From: an uncultured Clostridia bacterium
Lineage (GTDB): Bacteria > Bacillota > Clostridia > Christensenellales > CAG-917
Assembly: GCA_934277645.1 (NCBI GenBank)
Contig: CAKQUX010000003.1
Location: forward strand, 981-64,980
Length of the DNA: 64,000 nucleotides
Reading direction: 5' to 3'
Shown: positions 26,445 through 35,608 of the stretch, piece after piece
Numbering within the stretch: position 1 is the stretch's first letter
Layout: every line of letters starts with the position of its first letter
The notes under the pieces: generated by a model
What the model was told of the DNA's origin: nothing
What the model saw: the letters and a program-made list of their open reading frames with translations, nothing else
The model's database searches: none
Translations under genes and position numbers: made by a program

Positions 26445-27095
26445 ATGGAAATTAACGTAGTAGGAATTGCAAAAAAGAGTTTTGTTCCCGATGTTGTAGA
26501 AATAGGGTTTCGTTTTAAGCATACAGGGAAGACATACGAAGCCGTTGTAAGCGGTGGCGTAAGTTCAGTGGAAAAGTTTGCGGAATTTTTAGGCAAGTTC
26601 GGTTTCAAAAAGGACGAATTGAAAACGACGAATTTTTCCGTCCGTGAAAATCAAGTTTATGACAATAAAACCAACAAATATAAAAAAGACGGGTTTAGCT
26701 TCGAGCAAGGCATAAACCTTAAATTCGATTACGACATTGCGAGATTTGCAAAAATCATCGACGAAATTTCTACGCTCGACGCTCCGCCTGAATATAGTGT
26801 AGGTTTCAAACTCGGCGACGAAACGGCGGCAAAAAGAGCCTTATACGAAAAAGCCGTTGCCGATGCAAAAGAGCAGGCGCAAATGATAGCCAAAGCGAGC
26901 GGACTTGCTCTAAAAGAATGTAAAAGAGTGAGCGCAAATCCTTTTGGTGAAATAGGGGCGTCGGCGACGAATTTTGGAAGCGGCGCAAGTATGCTTAGGT
27001 ACGCTTCCTACCTTTCGGACGATATCGAGAATACGTTTGTGCCGTCCGATATAACGGTTGAATGTGAGCTTGGCGTTGTTTGGCAAGCTGAATAA
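26445..27095 (+). CDS. SIMPL/DUF541-family protein
   Basis: 216 aa. The N-terminal pattern (INVVGIAKKSFVPDVVEIGFRF) and the overall layout resemble SIMPL-domain proteins. No signal peptide is evident. Confidence 0.55.
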   Translation: MEINVVGIAKKSFVPDVVEIGFRFKHTGKTYEAVVSGGVSSVEKFAEFLGKFGFKKDELKTTNFSVRENQVYDNKTNKYKKDGFSFEQGINLKFDYDIARFAKIIDEISTLDAPPEYSVGFKLGDETAAKRALYEKAVADAKEQAQMIAKASGLALKECKRVSANPFGEIGASATNFGSGASMLRYASYLSDDIENTFVPSDITVECELGVVWQAE

Positions 27096-27116
27096 AACGC
27101 AAAAACCTATGAGAAA

Positions 27117-27237
27117 AAAGGTATATATAAATTAAGGTCAAGCAAAACCGCGTGAAAAAGGATTATACATAATTAAGGTCAAGCAAAAACACGTGAAAAT
27201 AGGTTTATAAACCGAATAGGGTTCAAGCAAAAAACAG
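27117..27237. repeat. Three imperfect tandem copies of a ~41-bp unit (...AATTAAGGTCAAGCAAAAMCRCGTGAAAA...)
   Basis: Read directly from the sequence; the third copy is more diverged (GGGTTCAAGCAAAAAACAG). Confidence 0.6.
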
Positions 27238-27263
27238 TTTAGCGGATAAAACAATTAAAAATA

Positions 27264-27306
27264 TAAAAAAATACGATTTTAAACAAACTTTAAAATCGTA
27301 TTTTTT
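27264..27306. terminator. Bidirectional rho-independent terminator
   Basis: A-run, ATACGATTTTAA-N8-TTAAAATCGTAT, T-run, between convergent genes. Confidence 0.75.
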
Positions 27307-27344
27307 GTTTAACGCAAATTTAAATGTAAAACTAACAATTAAAA

Positions 27345-28535
27345 CTAAATTTCAAAATGGTCTTTCAAAAGGAGTTCGGCTTTTGAAAGCGAGGCGGCGT
27401 CGATGCAACAAGAGATTTTTGTTTCGCTTGTCGTGATAGCGTAAATCTTTGTGCCGTTTTCCATAAGGAGATTCAACACTTCGACTGCAACGCCGCTCTT
27501 GTGTTCCATTCCTGCGCCTTCGATTGTAAGTTTACTGCAATTCTCGGTGGTCGAGAATTTGATTTCTTGAAGTTTCAAAAGGTCGTAGCAAAGTTTGCTG
27601 TCGCAATTTGAAAGGGTGAACGAAACCGAAACTTTTCCGTTAGTTCCGATAGATTGGCTAATCATATCGAGATTGATTTCGTTTTGAGCGATGAGGTTTA
27701 AAAGTTCGAGAAACTCGGTCTGCTCGATTTCCGAAAGGGAAACAAGACTTACACCGTCTTCGCCGCTGACAGTCGTAACGGCGTAATAGTCGCCGATAAT
27801 GCTGTTCATATCGTAAAGGCCGACTTTCTTTTCGCTCATATAGGCAGCGGCTCTGAGAGCGCCGCTGACGAAAACTTCTTTGCTTTCCGACTCGTGAGAA
27901 ATGGTAAGTTCTTCGCCGTTTCCGAAAAAGTGTACGTCGTGTTTGCCGACAACCGTGCCGCCGCGTACTGCGTGAATGCCGATTTCGTTAGGCTCGCGAC
28001 GTTTTGCTTTGTCGTGTCTGCCGTATACCGCATTAAGTTCGCGCACGCTGTTCAGTGCCTGATAAATGCTAAGGGCAGTGCCGCTAGGCGAGTCGAGTTT
28101 TTTGTTGTGGTGTGTTTCTACGATTTCGATATCGAAGTTGTCGCCCAAAAATTTGGTGGCTTCCTTTGCAAGATTGCAAAGAAGGTTTACGCCGAGCGAC
28201 ATATTGCTTGCTTTAAAGATTGCGATTTTTTTTGACGCCGCTTTAATTTCGGCAAGTTGCGCTTCGCTGTGACCCGTGGTCGCAAGAATTACGCTTGCGC
28301 GTTTTGCGATTGCGAAACTTAAAATGTCTTCGAGCGACGATGCGTTTGAAAAGTCTATGATAACGTCGCAGTTTCCGTTTGCGTCGGCAAAACTTTTAAA
28401 TACAGGGAAAGGCAAATCGTTTCCGCCGAATTTATCGACGCCGAATTCAATTTCAAAGTCGTTATTTCCAACAAGAGTTTTGTATATTGTGCGGCCGATT
28501 CTTCCGCCTGCGCCGCATATAGCAAGTTTAATCAT
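27345..28535 (-). CDS. dapB: 4-hydroxy-tetrahydrodipicolinate reductase fused to a C-terminal aspartokinase-like tandem ACT region
   Basis: 396 aa. The DapB part is MIKLAICGAGGRIGR...ETHHNKKLDSPSGTAL...HAVRGGTVVGKHDVHF (about 250 aa). The extra ~145 aa (NLDMISQS...LTIEGAGMEHKSGVAVEVLNLLMENGTKIYAITTSETKISCCI) resemble aspartokinase regulatory ACT domains. Confidence 0.8.
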   Translation of the reverse strand: MIKLAICGAGGRIGRTIYKTLVGNNDFEIEFGVDKFGGNDLPFPVFKSFADANGNCDVIIDFSNASSLEDILSFAIAKRASVILATTGHSEAQLAEIKAASKKIAIFKASNMSLGVNLLCNLAKEATKFLGDNFDIEIVETHHNKKLDSPSGTALSIYQALNSVRELNAVYGRHDKAKRREPNEIGIHAVRGGTVVGKHDVHFFGNGEELTISHESESKEVFVSGALRAAAYMSEKKVGLYDMNSIIGDYYAVTTVSGEDGVSLVSLSEIEQTEFLELLNLIAQNEINLDMISQSIGTNGKVSVSFTLSNCDSKLCYDLLKLQEIKFSTTENCSKLTIEGAGMEHKSGVAVEVLNLLMENGTKIYAITTSETKISCCIDAASLSKAELLLKDHFEI

Positions 28536-28547
28536 TTTGTTTCCTTT

Positions 28548-29423
28548 TTATTTCATCAAATCGTCGTATGCTTTTTTCAAAACCGCCGCGTTTTCGTCGA
28601 GCATTTCGGTGAGCGGAAGTCTGATATATCTGTCGCAAATGCCGAGCATTTCCGCCATTTTCTTAACAGGAATAGGGTTGACTTCCATAAAGAGTGCTTT
28701 AACGAAAGGAAGCATATCGAGTTGCATTTTGCTTGCCGTTTTAAAGTCGCCTTTTAGTGCTAAAGTGCACATATCGCTGACGTATTTAGGGATAACGTTT
28801 GAAGCGACGGAGATAACGCCTTTGCCGCCCATTGCGATAAGCGGAACGGTAAGTCCGTCGTCACCTGAATAGACGTCTGCGCCGCCAAAAGTCAAGCGGA
28901 TGGCTTCTTCGATTTGTTCCATATTTCCGCTGGCTTCCTTGATTGCGACAACGTTTTTGTTTTCTTCGGCAATTTTGGCGAACGTTTTAGGAAGAAGGTT
29001 TACGCCTGTTCTTCCCGGGACGTTGTAGCAGATGATATCAAGACCTGTATGCTTTGCGATTTCGCCGTAGTGAGCGACAAGCCCGTTTTGAGTCGCCTTG
29101 TTGTAGTACGGTGTTACGACAAGCAAAGCGTCCGCGCCGAGTTTTTCGGCATTGACGGAGTTTTCGATTGCCTGTGCGGTTGAATTTGAACCCGAACCGA
29201 CAATGACGGGAACGCGACCGTTTACGGTTTTGACTGCAAGTTTTATGACTTCGTCTTTTTCCTTAGCCGACATAGTGGCAGGTTCGCCCGTCGTACCAAG
29301 TACTACAAGAGCGTCGGTGCCGTTTTCGATTTGAAAATTTAAAAGTTTTTCGTATGCGTCAAAGTCAACGCCGTTTTCGGTGAACGGGGTGATAAGAGCA
29401 GTTGCGCTTCCCTTAAATATCAT
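28548..29423 (-). CDS. dapA: 4-hydroxy-tetrahydrodipicolinate synthase
   Basis: 291 aa. GSATALITPF...LVVLGTTGE...VGSGSNST...TPYYNK is the typical DapA pattern. Confidence 0.9.
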   Translation of the reverse strand: MIFKGSATALITPFTENGVDFDAYEKLLNFQIENGTDALVVLGTTGEPATMSAKEKDEVIKLAVKTVNGRVPVIVGSGSNSTAQAIENSVNAEKLGADALLVVTPYYNKATQNGLVAHYGEIAKHTGLDIICYNVPGRTGVNLLPKTFAKIAEENKNVVAIKEASGNMEQIEEAIRLTFGGADVYSGDDGLTVPLIAMGGKGVISVASNVIPKYVSDMCTLALKGDFKTASKMQLDMLPFVKALFMEVNPIPVKKMAEMLGICDRYIRLPLTEMLDENAAVLKKAYDDLMK

Positions 29424-29456
29424 AATTGCCTCCGATTTGATGAACTGATGTTAGTG

Positions 29457-30461
29457 TTATTTTGCGGCCTTAGCCATAAGAAGTTCGACGATTTGAACTG
29501 CGTTCGTTGCCGCGCCTTTTCTGATGTTGTCTGCGACAACCCAAAGGTTTACGCCCGATTCGACAGAGTCGTCTTTTCTGATTCTGCCGACGTATACTTC
29601 GTCGTGGTTTTCTGCGTCGAGCGGAGTAGGGTAAACGCCGTTTTTGACGTCGTCCATCAAAATGATGCCTTTAGCGTTTTTAAGCGTTTCCATAACGTCT
29701 TCACGAGTGCAAGGCTTTTCGAATTCGAGGTTAATCGATTCGCTGTGTCCGTAGAAAACAGGAACACGAACGGTGGTTGCCGTAATTTTAAGCGAGTCGT
29801 CGTGAAGAATTTTTTTGGTTTCGACAATCATCTTCCATTCTTCTTTGGTGTAGCCGTCTTCCATAAACACGTCGATGTGAGGAAGCATATTGTATGCGAT
29901 AGGCTTAGGGAACTTGGTTGGCGGATTGCCGACGATTCCGTTTTTAAGGTCGTTGTAACCTGCGACGCCTGCGCCAGAAACGGCTTGGTAGGTGCTGTAA
30001 ACTATTCTCTTGATTTTGTATTTATCGTGAAGAGGCTTTAAAGCAACCATAGCTTGAATGGTCGAGCAGTTAGGGTTTGCGATGATGCCTTTATTCCAGT
30101 CGACGTCTTCAGGGTTGACTTCAGGGACGACTAGCGGAACTTCGGGATACATTCTCCATTGGCTCGAATTGTCTACGACGGTTGCGCCGATTTCGACGAA
30201 TACTGGGGCAAAATTCTTTGACGTTTCGCCGCCTGCCGAGAAAAGCGCAAAATCGATTTTGCCTTTCAATGCTTTGACGTTATCTTCCGTGAGTTCGATA
30301 ACGGTGTGCTTTTTACCCATAAACTCTATTTCTCTTCCTGCGCTTTTCTTCGACGCAAAAAGGTAATAATTTTCGACAGGAAGTTTACGTTCTGAAAGAA
30401 CTTCCAAAAATTTCGAGCCTACCATTCCGGTAGCTCCGACTACTGCTACGTTGAATTTCAT
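29457..30461 (-). CDS. asd: Aspartate-semialdehyde dehydrogenase
   Basis: Start MKFNVAVVGATGMVG at 30461 (AGGAGG SD). The NPNCSTI active-site region is present. Confidence 0.9.
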   Translation of the reverse strand: MKFNVAVVGATGMVGSKFLEVLSERKLPVENYYLFASKKSAGREIEFMGKKHTVIELTEDNVKALKGKIDFALFSAGGETSKNFAPVFVEIGATVVDNSSQWRMYPEVPLVVPEVNPEDVDWNKGIIANPNCSTIQAMVALKPLHDKYKIKRIVYSTYQAVSGAGVAGYNDLKNGIVGNPPTKFPKPIAYNMLPHIDVFMEDGYTKEEWKMIVETKKILHDDSLKITATTVRVPVFYGHSESINLEFEKPCTREDVMETLKNAKGIILMDDVKNGVYPTPLDAENHDEVYVGRIRKDDSVESGVNLWVVADNIRKGAATNAVQIVELLMAKAAK

Positions 30462-30703
30462 TTGAATCCTCCTAAATATATATATGAATTTACTACTAAT
30501 AAAAGATTTTGTCAATTTTATTAAAAAGTTTAATTCTTAATTTTGATAATTTAATAGAAAAGATTATTGTATATATATTAACAATATGAAAAAATAACCG
30601 AAACGGCAGTTAATTTTGCTTTTATACAAAAAGTTTAATTTATTCGTTTGATATTTACGCCGACTTATAGTAGAATGTAAACACTAATAGCGTAGGAGTT
30701 AAA

Positions 30704-31834
30704 ATGGCAAAGACTCAATATAAAATGAAGGCTGACAAACCGAAAAGAGAGCCAAAATTGTTATGTAAAAACCTTTTCACGATAGGAAACGAGCTTAGAG
30801 AAGCTCCTGTTCCCGAAACGATGATCAACGAAGAAGGAAAGACTGTTCCGTTTGTTCCTAAATATCGTGAAAGCATAAAGGGCGGTTATAAGGCCTACAA
30901 AGACAATACGAAAGTCTTGCTCAAAGCAAGTTTATATTTCCTTATATTTTTTGCGGCAATGTTCGTGCTTGTGGCGTACGGCTACGGTGCGATTATGAAT
31001 CACTTTACGATTGGCGGAGCAAACTTTATGGGCAACGTCGGCATAGGCTATCCGGGTGAGATTTCAGATATGGGCGCAATATACGCAAGTCAGACAATGG
31101 CTTACGATTACGTCTTCTATTTCTCTTTGCCGTGTATCTTGCTTATTTCGATAGGTATGGCAGGTTTGTTCAACGTTGCGAAAAAAATTATTTGGAACGA
31201 ACCTATAAAACACGTTGCAAAACCGTTCTTTACGGGCATAGCTAAGCATTGGTGGAAATATATGATTTTCGTTATGCTCGGCACGGCAATCGGTCTTGCG
31301 ATGGGCATTTCGCTTACAAACCTTCTTAGCAAAATTCAACTCGGAACGGCGATGGCAGGCGACTATTGCGGTTGCGTGTTTGCATTCGTTATCGGCGCGC
31401 CGCTTTTGGTGTTCCCGATGGTTGCAATCACCATTATTCCGTCGTATAAGCTCAGCTTCGGCAGTCTCATTAAAGATTCGTTCGTCATTGCGATTAACCG
31501 CTTTGTGCCATACGCATTGACGGGAATTCTTTGCGCACTTCCTTTGGGCTTGCTTTTCATCAACAATATTTTTGCTATTATCCTTTGCGCTTTGCTCGTT
31601 GCTTTCGGCTTTACGCTTTGGGCAATGCTTTGGACGGGACTCGGACACGGCAGTTATTTGAAGTGCATATATCTCTACGAATACGAATCGACAAAAAAAG
31701 TTAATCCGTATGAAAAGAAAAACGGCAAGGCGGCGGTTACCGTTGAAGGAAAAACCGACTCTTCCGATAAAAAGCAAAACAAAAAACCGCAAGCATACGT
31801 TAATCCGAAAAAGAAAAAGAAAACGAATGGCTAA
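30704..31834 (+). CDS. Polytopic membrane protein with a Lys-rich C-terminal tail, unknown function
   Basis: 376 aa with about 6 hydrophobic segments. AGGAG SD. Confidence 0.6.
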   Translation: MAKTQYKMKADKPKREPKLLCKNLFTIGNELREAPVPETMINEEGKTVPFVPKYRESIKGGYKAYKDNTKVLLKASLYFLIFFAAMFVLVAYGYGAIMNHFTIGGANFMGNVGIGYPGEISDMGAIYASQTMAYDYVFYFSLPCILLISIGMAGLFNVAKKIIWNEPIKHVAKPFFTGIAKHWWKYMIFVMLGTAIGLAMGISLTNLLSKIQLGTAMAGDYCGCVFAFVIGAPLLVFPMVAITIIPSYKLSFGSLIKDSFVIAINRFVPYALTGILCALPLGLLFINNIFAIILCALLVAFGFTLWAMLWTGLGHGSYLKCIYLYEYESTKKVNPYEKKNGKAAVTVEGKTDSSDKKQNKKPQAYVNPKKKKKTNG

Positions 31835-33500
31835 AATTTATGATTTCAATCTGAACGAAGAAGAGTGCTTGGACTTTGCGTACGACGCAGTAGAAAACGG
31901 CGACGTAAAGAAAAGCCTTATGTACGTTCATAAAGCGTTGGAGATTAACCCCGACAACACAGAGGCGAATTTTTATCTCGCCTCTATTTATTCTGACCTG
32001 AACGCTTTTGATTTCTCAAACGACGTGGTTTTCAAAATTTTGCCGAAAATCAAAAACGCTGAAGAGAAAGAAAGATTTTACATTTTGCTCGGCGCAAATG
32101 CGTCGGCAGTCGGCGATTATGAATCGGCAACGCATTTTGCTTCGCAGATAGACGTGACTTCCGAAATTTTCGAGGATATAGAAGACGTATTCGACGTTGA
32201 AGAGATTCAGCCGAAAAGCGAGTTTTACGTCGCATATCCGAGAGGAGAAGAGTATTATCAAAGAAGACTTGACGAAGCGCAATCGCTTGTCAAAAACAAA
32301 AACATAAACGAAGCTCTTGCCGTGCTTGACGAATTTACGGACGGCGTTCCGCTTAAAGACAGCGCAGACCATTTAAGGCTTATTTGCTATATGGTGCGCG
32401 ACGATTTCGACGCGGTCATCGAATATGCCGAAAGAGCAATCAAAAAGGGCGGCAAAAAACTTGCGATAAAGTGTCTTTTGATAACGGCTTTGCTTTTTGA
32501 AAACAAAGAAAAGGAAGCAAAAGAAAAGACGAAAGAACTTATCGCAAATGACGAATACGAAAGTTTAGAAGACTTGGGCGTGCTGTTGCCGCTTCTCGTC
32601 AATCTCGGGATGGATGAAGAAATCAACGTCTATTGCAAAAAGTTTTTGAAGAAGATCAACTATCATCCGCAAACGATTATGTGGCTTGCGCAAAGCTATT
32701 TCAATCTCGGAAAGGTCGAAGAGGCTAAGGCGGTTATGCGTGAAGTTTACGCAATCTATCGTGACTATTTGCCGTCCGACTATTATATGAACCTTTTTGA
32801 AAGTGGCGAAAAAAGAGTGGAATATTCGGTTGGCTTGCCGATAAAGGAAGTGCTTAATCGCCAAAAGAGAGTGAAAGATTTTTTGTCGATGAAAACCGAG
32901 GACGCTCAAAAGGCATACCTTTACGACAAAAAAACGAACGAACTTTTGAAGTGGGTGTTCAACGGCGGAAACGGCGGACTTACGGTCGCAGTCATTTTGA
33001 AGATGGCTGAATTTTACGACGACAGTATGAACAGATATTTCGATATGGTTTTACATTCGGACAAACTTACGTTTCCCGAACTTGTCGAGATAATAAGAAT
33101 TTATCTTTTGCACACCGCTAAGCTCGATTTTTCGGCATTTGTTTCAAACGAACTTAAAATCGTCACAATGGAGTTCAATCCACTCATAAAGTATATGCCT
33201 ATGAATTTCGTCAATGCCGTAGCAAACGTCATAGCAGATATTGTTATGTCGATTGACAGTCCGCTTCCTGCGATAGAGCTTATAAAGAACGAACTTGACG
33301 AGTATCTTAAAGAAGAAGGCGGCGAGATTTATTTTGCAAATATGCAGATTAGTAAAATGGCAAAAATCAAATCGATAAAGACTTTGGCAGGCGTGCTTAT
33401 TTATAAAACGGAAGCGTTCGGAACAGCCGAACAAATTCTTGACAGATATTCGATTACTAAATCGACCTTCTTAAAATATGTAAAAGCGATTTTCGGATAA
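31827..33500 (+). CDS. TPR-like repeat protein, unknown function
   Basis: Start MAKIYDF at 31827, overlapping the upstream stop by 8 nt (ATGGCTAA). The sequence is helical-repeat-like (ALEINPDNTEANFYLASIY...). The track's longer start reads the Lys-rich tail region in another frame. Confidence 0.6.
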   Translation: MAKIYDFNLNEEECLDFAYDAVENGDVKKSLMYVHKALEINPDNTEANFYLASIYSDLNAFDFSNDVVFKILPKIKNAEEKERFYILLGANASAVGDYESATHFASQIDVTSEIFEDIEDVFDVEEIQPKSEFYVAYPRGEEYYQRRLDEAQSLVKNKNINEALAVLDEFTDGVPLKDSADHLRLICYMVRDDFDAVIEYAERAIKKGGKKLAIKCLLITALLFENKEKEAKEKTKELIANDEYESLEDLGVLLPLLVNLGMDEEINVYCKKFLKKINYHPQTIMWLAQSYFNLGKVEEAKAVMREVYAIYRDYLPSDYYMNLFESGEKRVEYSVGLPIKEVLNRQKRVKDFLSMKTEDAQKAYLYDKKTNELLKWVFNGGNGGLTVAVILKMAEFYDDSMNRYFDMVLHSDKLTFPELVEIIRIYLLHTAKLDFSAFVSNELKIVTMEFNPLIKYMPMNFVNAVANVIADIVMSIDSPLPAIELIKNELDEYLKEEGGEIYFANMQISKMAKIKSIKTLAGVLIYKTEAFGTAEQILDRYSITKSTFLKYVKAIFG

Positions 33501-33614
33501 ACTCGATATAGTATAGCTTTAACGAAAGAGTGGCGATAAATCGTAACCTACTGTTAAGGAAAGATAATAAAACAAAAATCAATTCATTCGGCAAAAACGC
33601 CGATAGGAGTATTT

Positions 33615-34262
33615 ATGGAAAATGATAACGAATTGACGGAACTTTCGGTTGACGAAAAAAAGAAACTTGTCGATATAGTAGCCGATGAAAAAGCCGAGTA
33701 CGGCGATAAACTTGCGGCGTATGAATATTTGCTTGACAACGGCGCAGAAGTGGTCGATTATATGATTTCAAAAATGCCGTCGCTTCTCAACACGGAAAGC
33801 GGTCAGATGCTCGTCGAGATTTTGGCTGAGTATAAGGGCAGAAAGGACGTGTATCTTTGGCTTGTGACTTATTTTTATCGCGGCGAAGATATTCCGCTTT
33901 TTGCAAGATTGCTCGGCGCGTACGGCAATGAAGACGCAATCGAAATTCTTACGTCTTATGCTCGCGACTACGACGTAGACTACAACGAGTTTATGGAAAT
34001 AAGAAACGCAGTCGAAGAACTCGGCGGCGAGTTTAACGTCAGAAAAGATTTTTCGGACGATCCGCTTTTCGGCTATTTAAAAGGAGTTGTCGAAACGGAC
34101 ATTTTTAATCGTCCTAACGACGATGAAAGCGGTGATGATGATAGCGGTGATGAAGACAAGTCGGACGGCGGCTGTTCGTGCGGCTGTCACCATTCGCACA
34201 CCGAAACTCACGAGCATAGTCATAATTGCAGTTGTTGCAACCATCACCACGACGAAGAATAA
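33615..34262 (+). CDS. Acidic protein with a C-terminal Cys/His-rich tail, unknown function
   Basis: 215 aa, ending GGCSCGCHHSHTETHEHSHNCSCCNHHHDEE. AGGAG SD. Confidence 0.6.
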   Translation: MENDNELTELSVDEKKKLVDIVADEKAEYGDKLAAYEYLLDNGAEVVDYMISKMPSLLNTESGQMLVEILAEYKGRKDVYLWLVTYFYRGEDIPLFARLLGAYGNEDAIEILTSYARDYDVDYNEFMEIRNAVEELGGEFNVRKDFSDDPLFGYLKGVVETDIFNRPNDDESGDDDSGDEDKSDGGCSCGCHHSHTETHEHSHNCSCCNHHHDEE

Positions 34263-34280
34263 TGACTTTCGACTATTAAA

Positions 34281-34315
34281 AACGCTGTTTAAGGAAAACT
34301 AAACGGCGTTTTTTT
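34281..34315 (+). terminator. Rho-independent terminator
   Basis: AACGCTGTTTA-N8-TAAACGGCGTT followed by a T-run. Confidence 0.65.
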
Positions 34316-34373
34316 GTCGGCGTTTTTGCGTTGAAATAGTAACGATATTTCAAATAATGCCTATATAAACGCT

Positions 34374-35348
34374 TTAACGATTTTCGCACAGCCGTTTTAA
34401 AGTGTTTTTATGCCGCCGCCTACAATGCCGTCTATGGTTGGGTTTAAAGCGCAAAGCTTTTATCAGCGTCATAACAAGTTGTATAAGTCCGAACAGACTT
34501 ACTAAAGGATAGCCGTACGTTATGAGACGCTCGAAGCCGACGAGTGAAAGGGGATAACACAAAACGAGACAGGCGAAAAACGAAATCGTCTTTGACTTTG
34601 TAAACGGCGCAAGGTCGTCAATGATAAGTTTTGCAGAAGACACCATAGTGGTAAAAATGGCAAACAGCACGAGAGCGATTGCAACCGCTTTAAAGCCGAG
34701 ATTTATAGCAACGTCTAAAAGCGGCATTTCTCCGCCCTTGCCGATAACGACCGCACCGAGACAAAAGAGCATTGCGCTCATAATAACCGCGCTTGCGATA
34801 CCCGAAGCCGCGATTTCTTTGTTTGTCATTTCTTTTCCGAGGTCAGCCATAAGATTTCCTGCAATCAGCAGATTTAACGCCGCATAAGATATAGGTTTAA
34901 ACGGCAAAAACGAACCGACAAGATTCAATTCGCCGTTTTTGAAAAACAGCAGGAATATGCCGACAACTATGGCAGGGACGATTATGGCGTTTATCGCTTT
35001 GACTTGTTTCATTCCCAAAACTGCGACTATAATCGACAGAGCGGTAAGCAACAAACCGCCGAAAGGAAACAGCGGACGGATTACGTTTTCTGCGCCTGCG
35101 CACATAGCGGACATTGTTATGACAGAACAAAAAAAAGTGACGACCTTAAACCATTTTGGGTAAAACAAAAAGTTCTTCTTTCCCGACAACATAAAGAGCG
35201 AGCAAAAAAAGCCTAAAAACAAGCCCGATATAATCGTCGTTAAAGGACTCAATCCGTTGAAATAAACGGCTACTTCTTTGCCCGACGCAAAACCTGCGCC
35301 GACAACCGTTCCTATAAATAAGGCAACCGCCTTAAAGACTTTTTTCAT
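34374..35348 (-). CDS. YkvI-like membrane protein
   Basis: Start MKKVFKAV at 35348. GTVVGAGFASGKEV and about 10 hydrophobic segments resemble the YkvI family as I recall it. Confidence 0.5.
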   Translation of the reverse strand: MKKVFKAVALFIGTVVGAGFASGKEVAVYFNGLSPLTTIISGLFLGFFCSLFMLSGKKNFLFYPKWFKVVTFFCSVITMSAMCAGAENVIRPLFPFGGLLLTALSIIVAVLGMKQVKAINAIIVPAIVVGIFLLFFKNGELNLVGSFLPFKPISYAALNLLIAGNLMADLGKEMTNKEIAASGIASAVIMSAMLFCLGAVVIGKGGEMPLLDVAINLGFKAVAIALVLFAIFTTMVSSAKLIIDDLAPFTKSKTISFFACLVLCYPLSLVGFERLITYGYPLVSLFGLIQLVMTLIKALRFKPNHRRHCRRRHKNTLKRLCENR

Positions 35349-35608
35349 AAAACAAAATATGCTAAAAAAGTTTGATAAATGACACAAACGATTTTGCGGC
35401 GATAATTTAACCTTAAATGAGCTTTAATTGCCGAGAAAACCGAAAATCAAATCACAAAATAAAAGGCGTGGGAACATAACGGAATGCAAAAGGGGAAATA
35501 TAATAGAAAGAAAAAAGATTAAAGTCATAGCAAAGCGTTATGGCGATTTGCAGAAGGCGTTTAAAAAAAAGTATTTATTTTTTACAAATTGAATGATATA
35601 CTTTAAAC

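Noticed and set aside
31064-31792. 242-aa minus-strand ORF opposite the membrane-protein gene
   Set aside because: This is an antisense shadow. The sense frame has coherent TM segments and a good SD.
31710-31826. Lys/Arg-rich N-terminal extension of the TPR-like gene
   Set aside because: It is an alternate-frame reading of the upstream gene's AAA/AAG-rich tail. The ATG at 31827 gives a normal coupled start.
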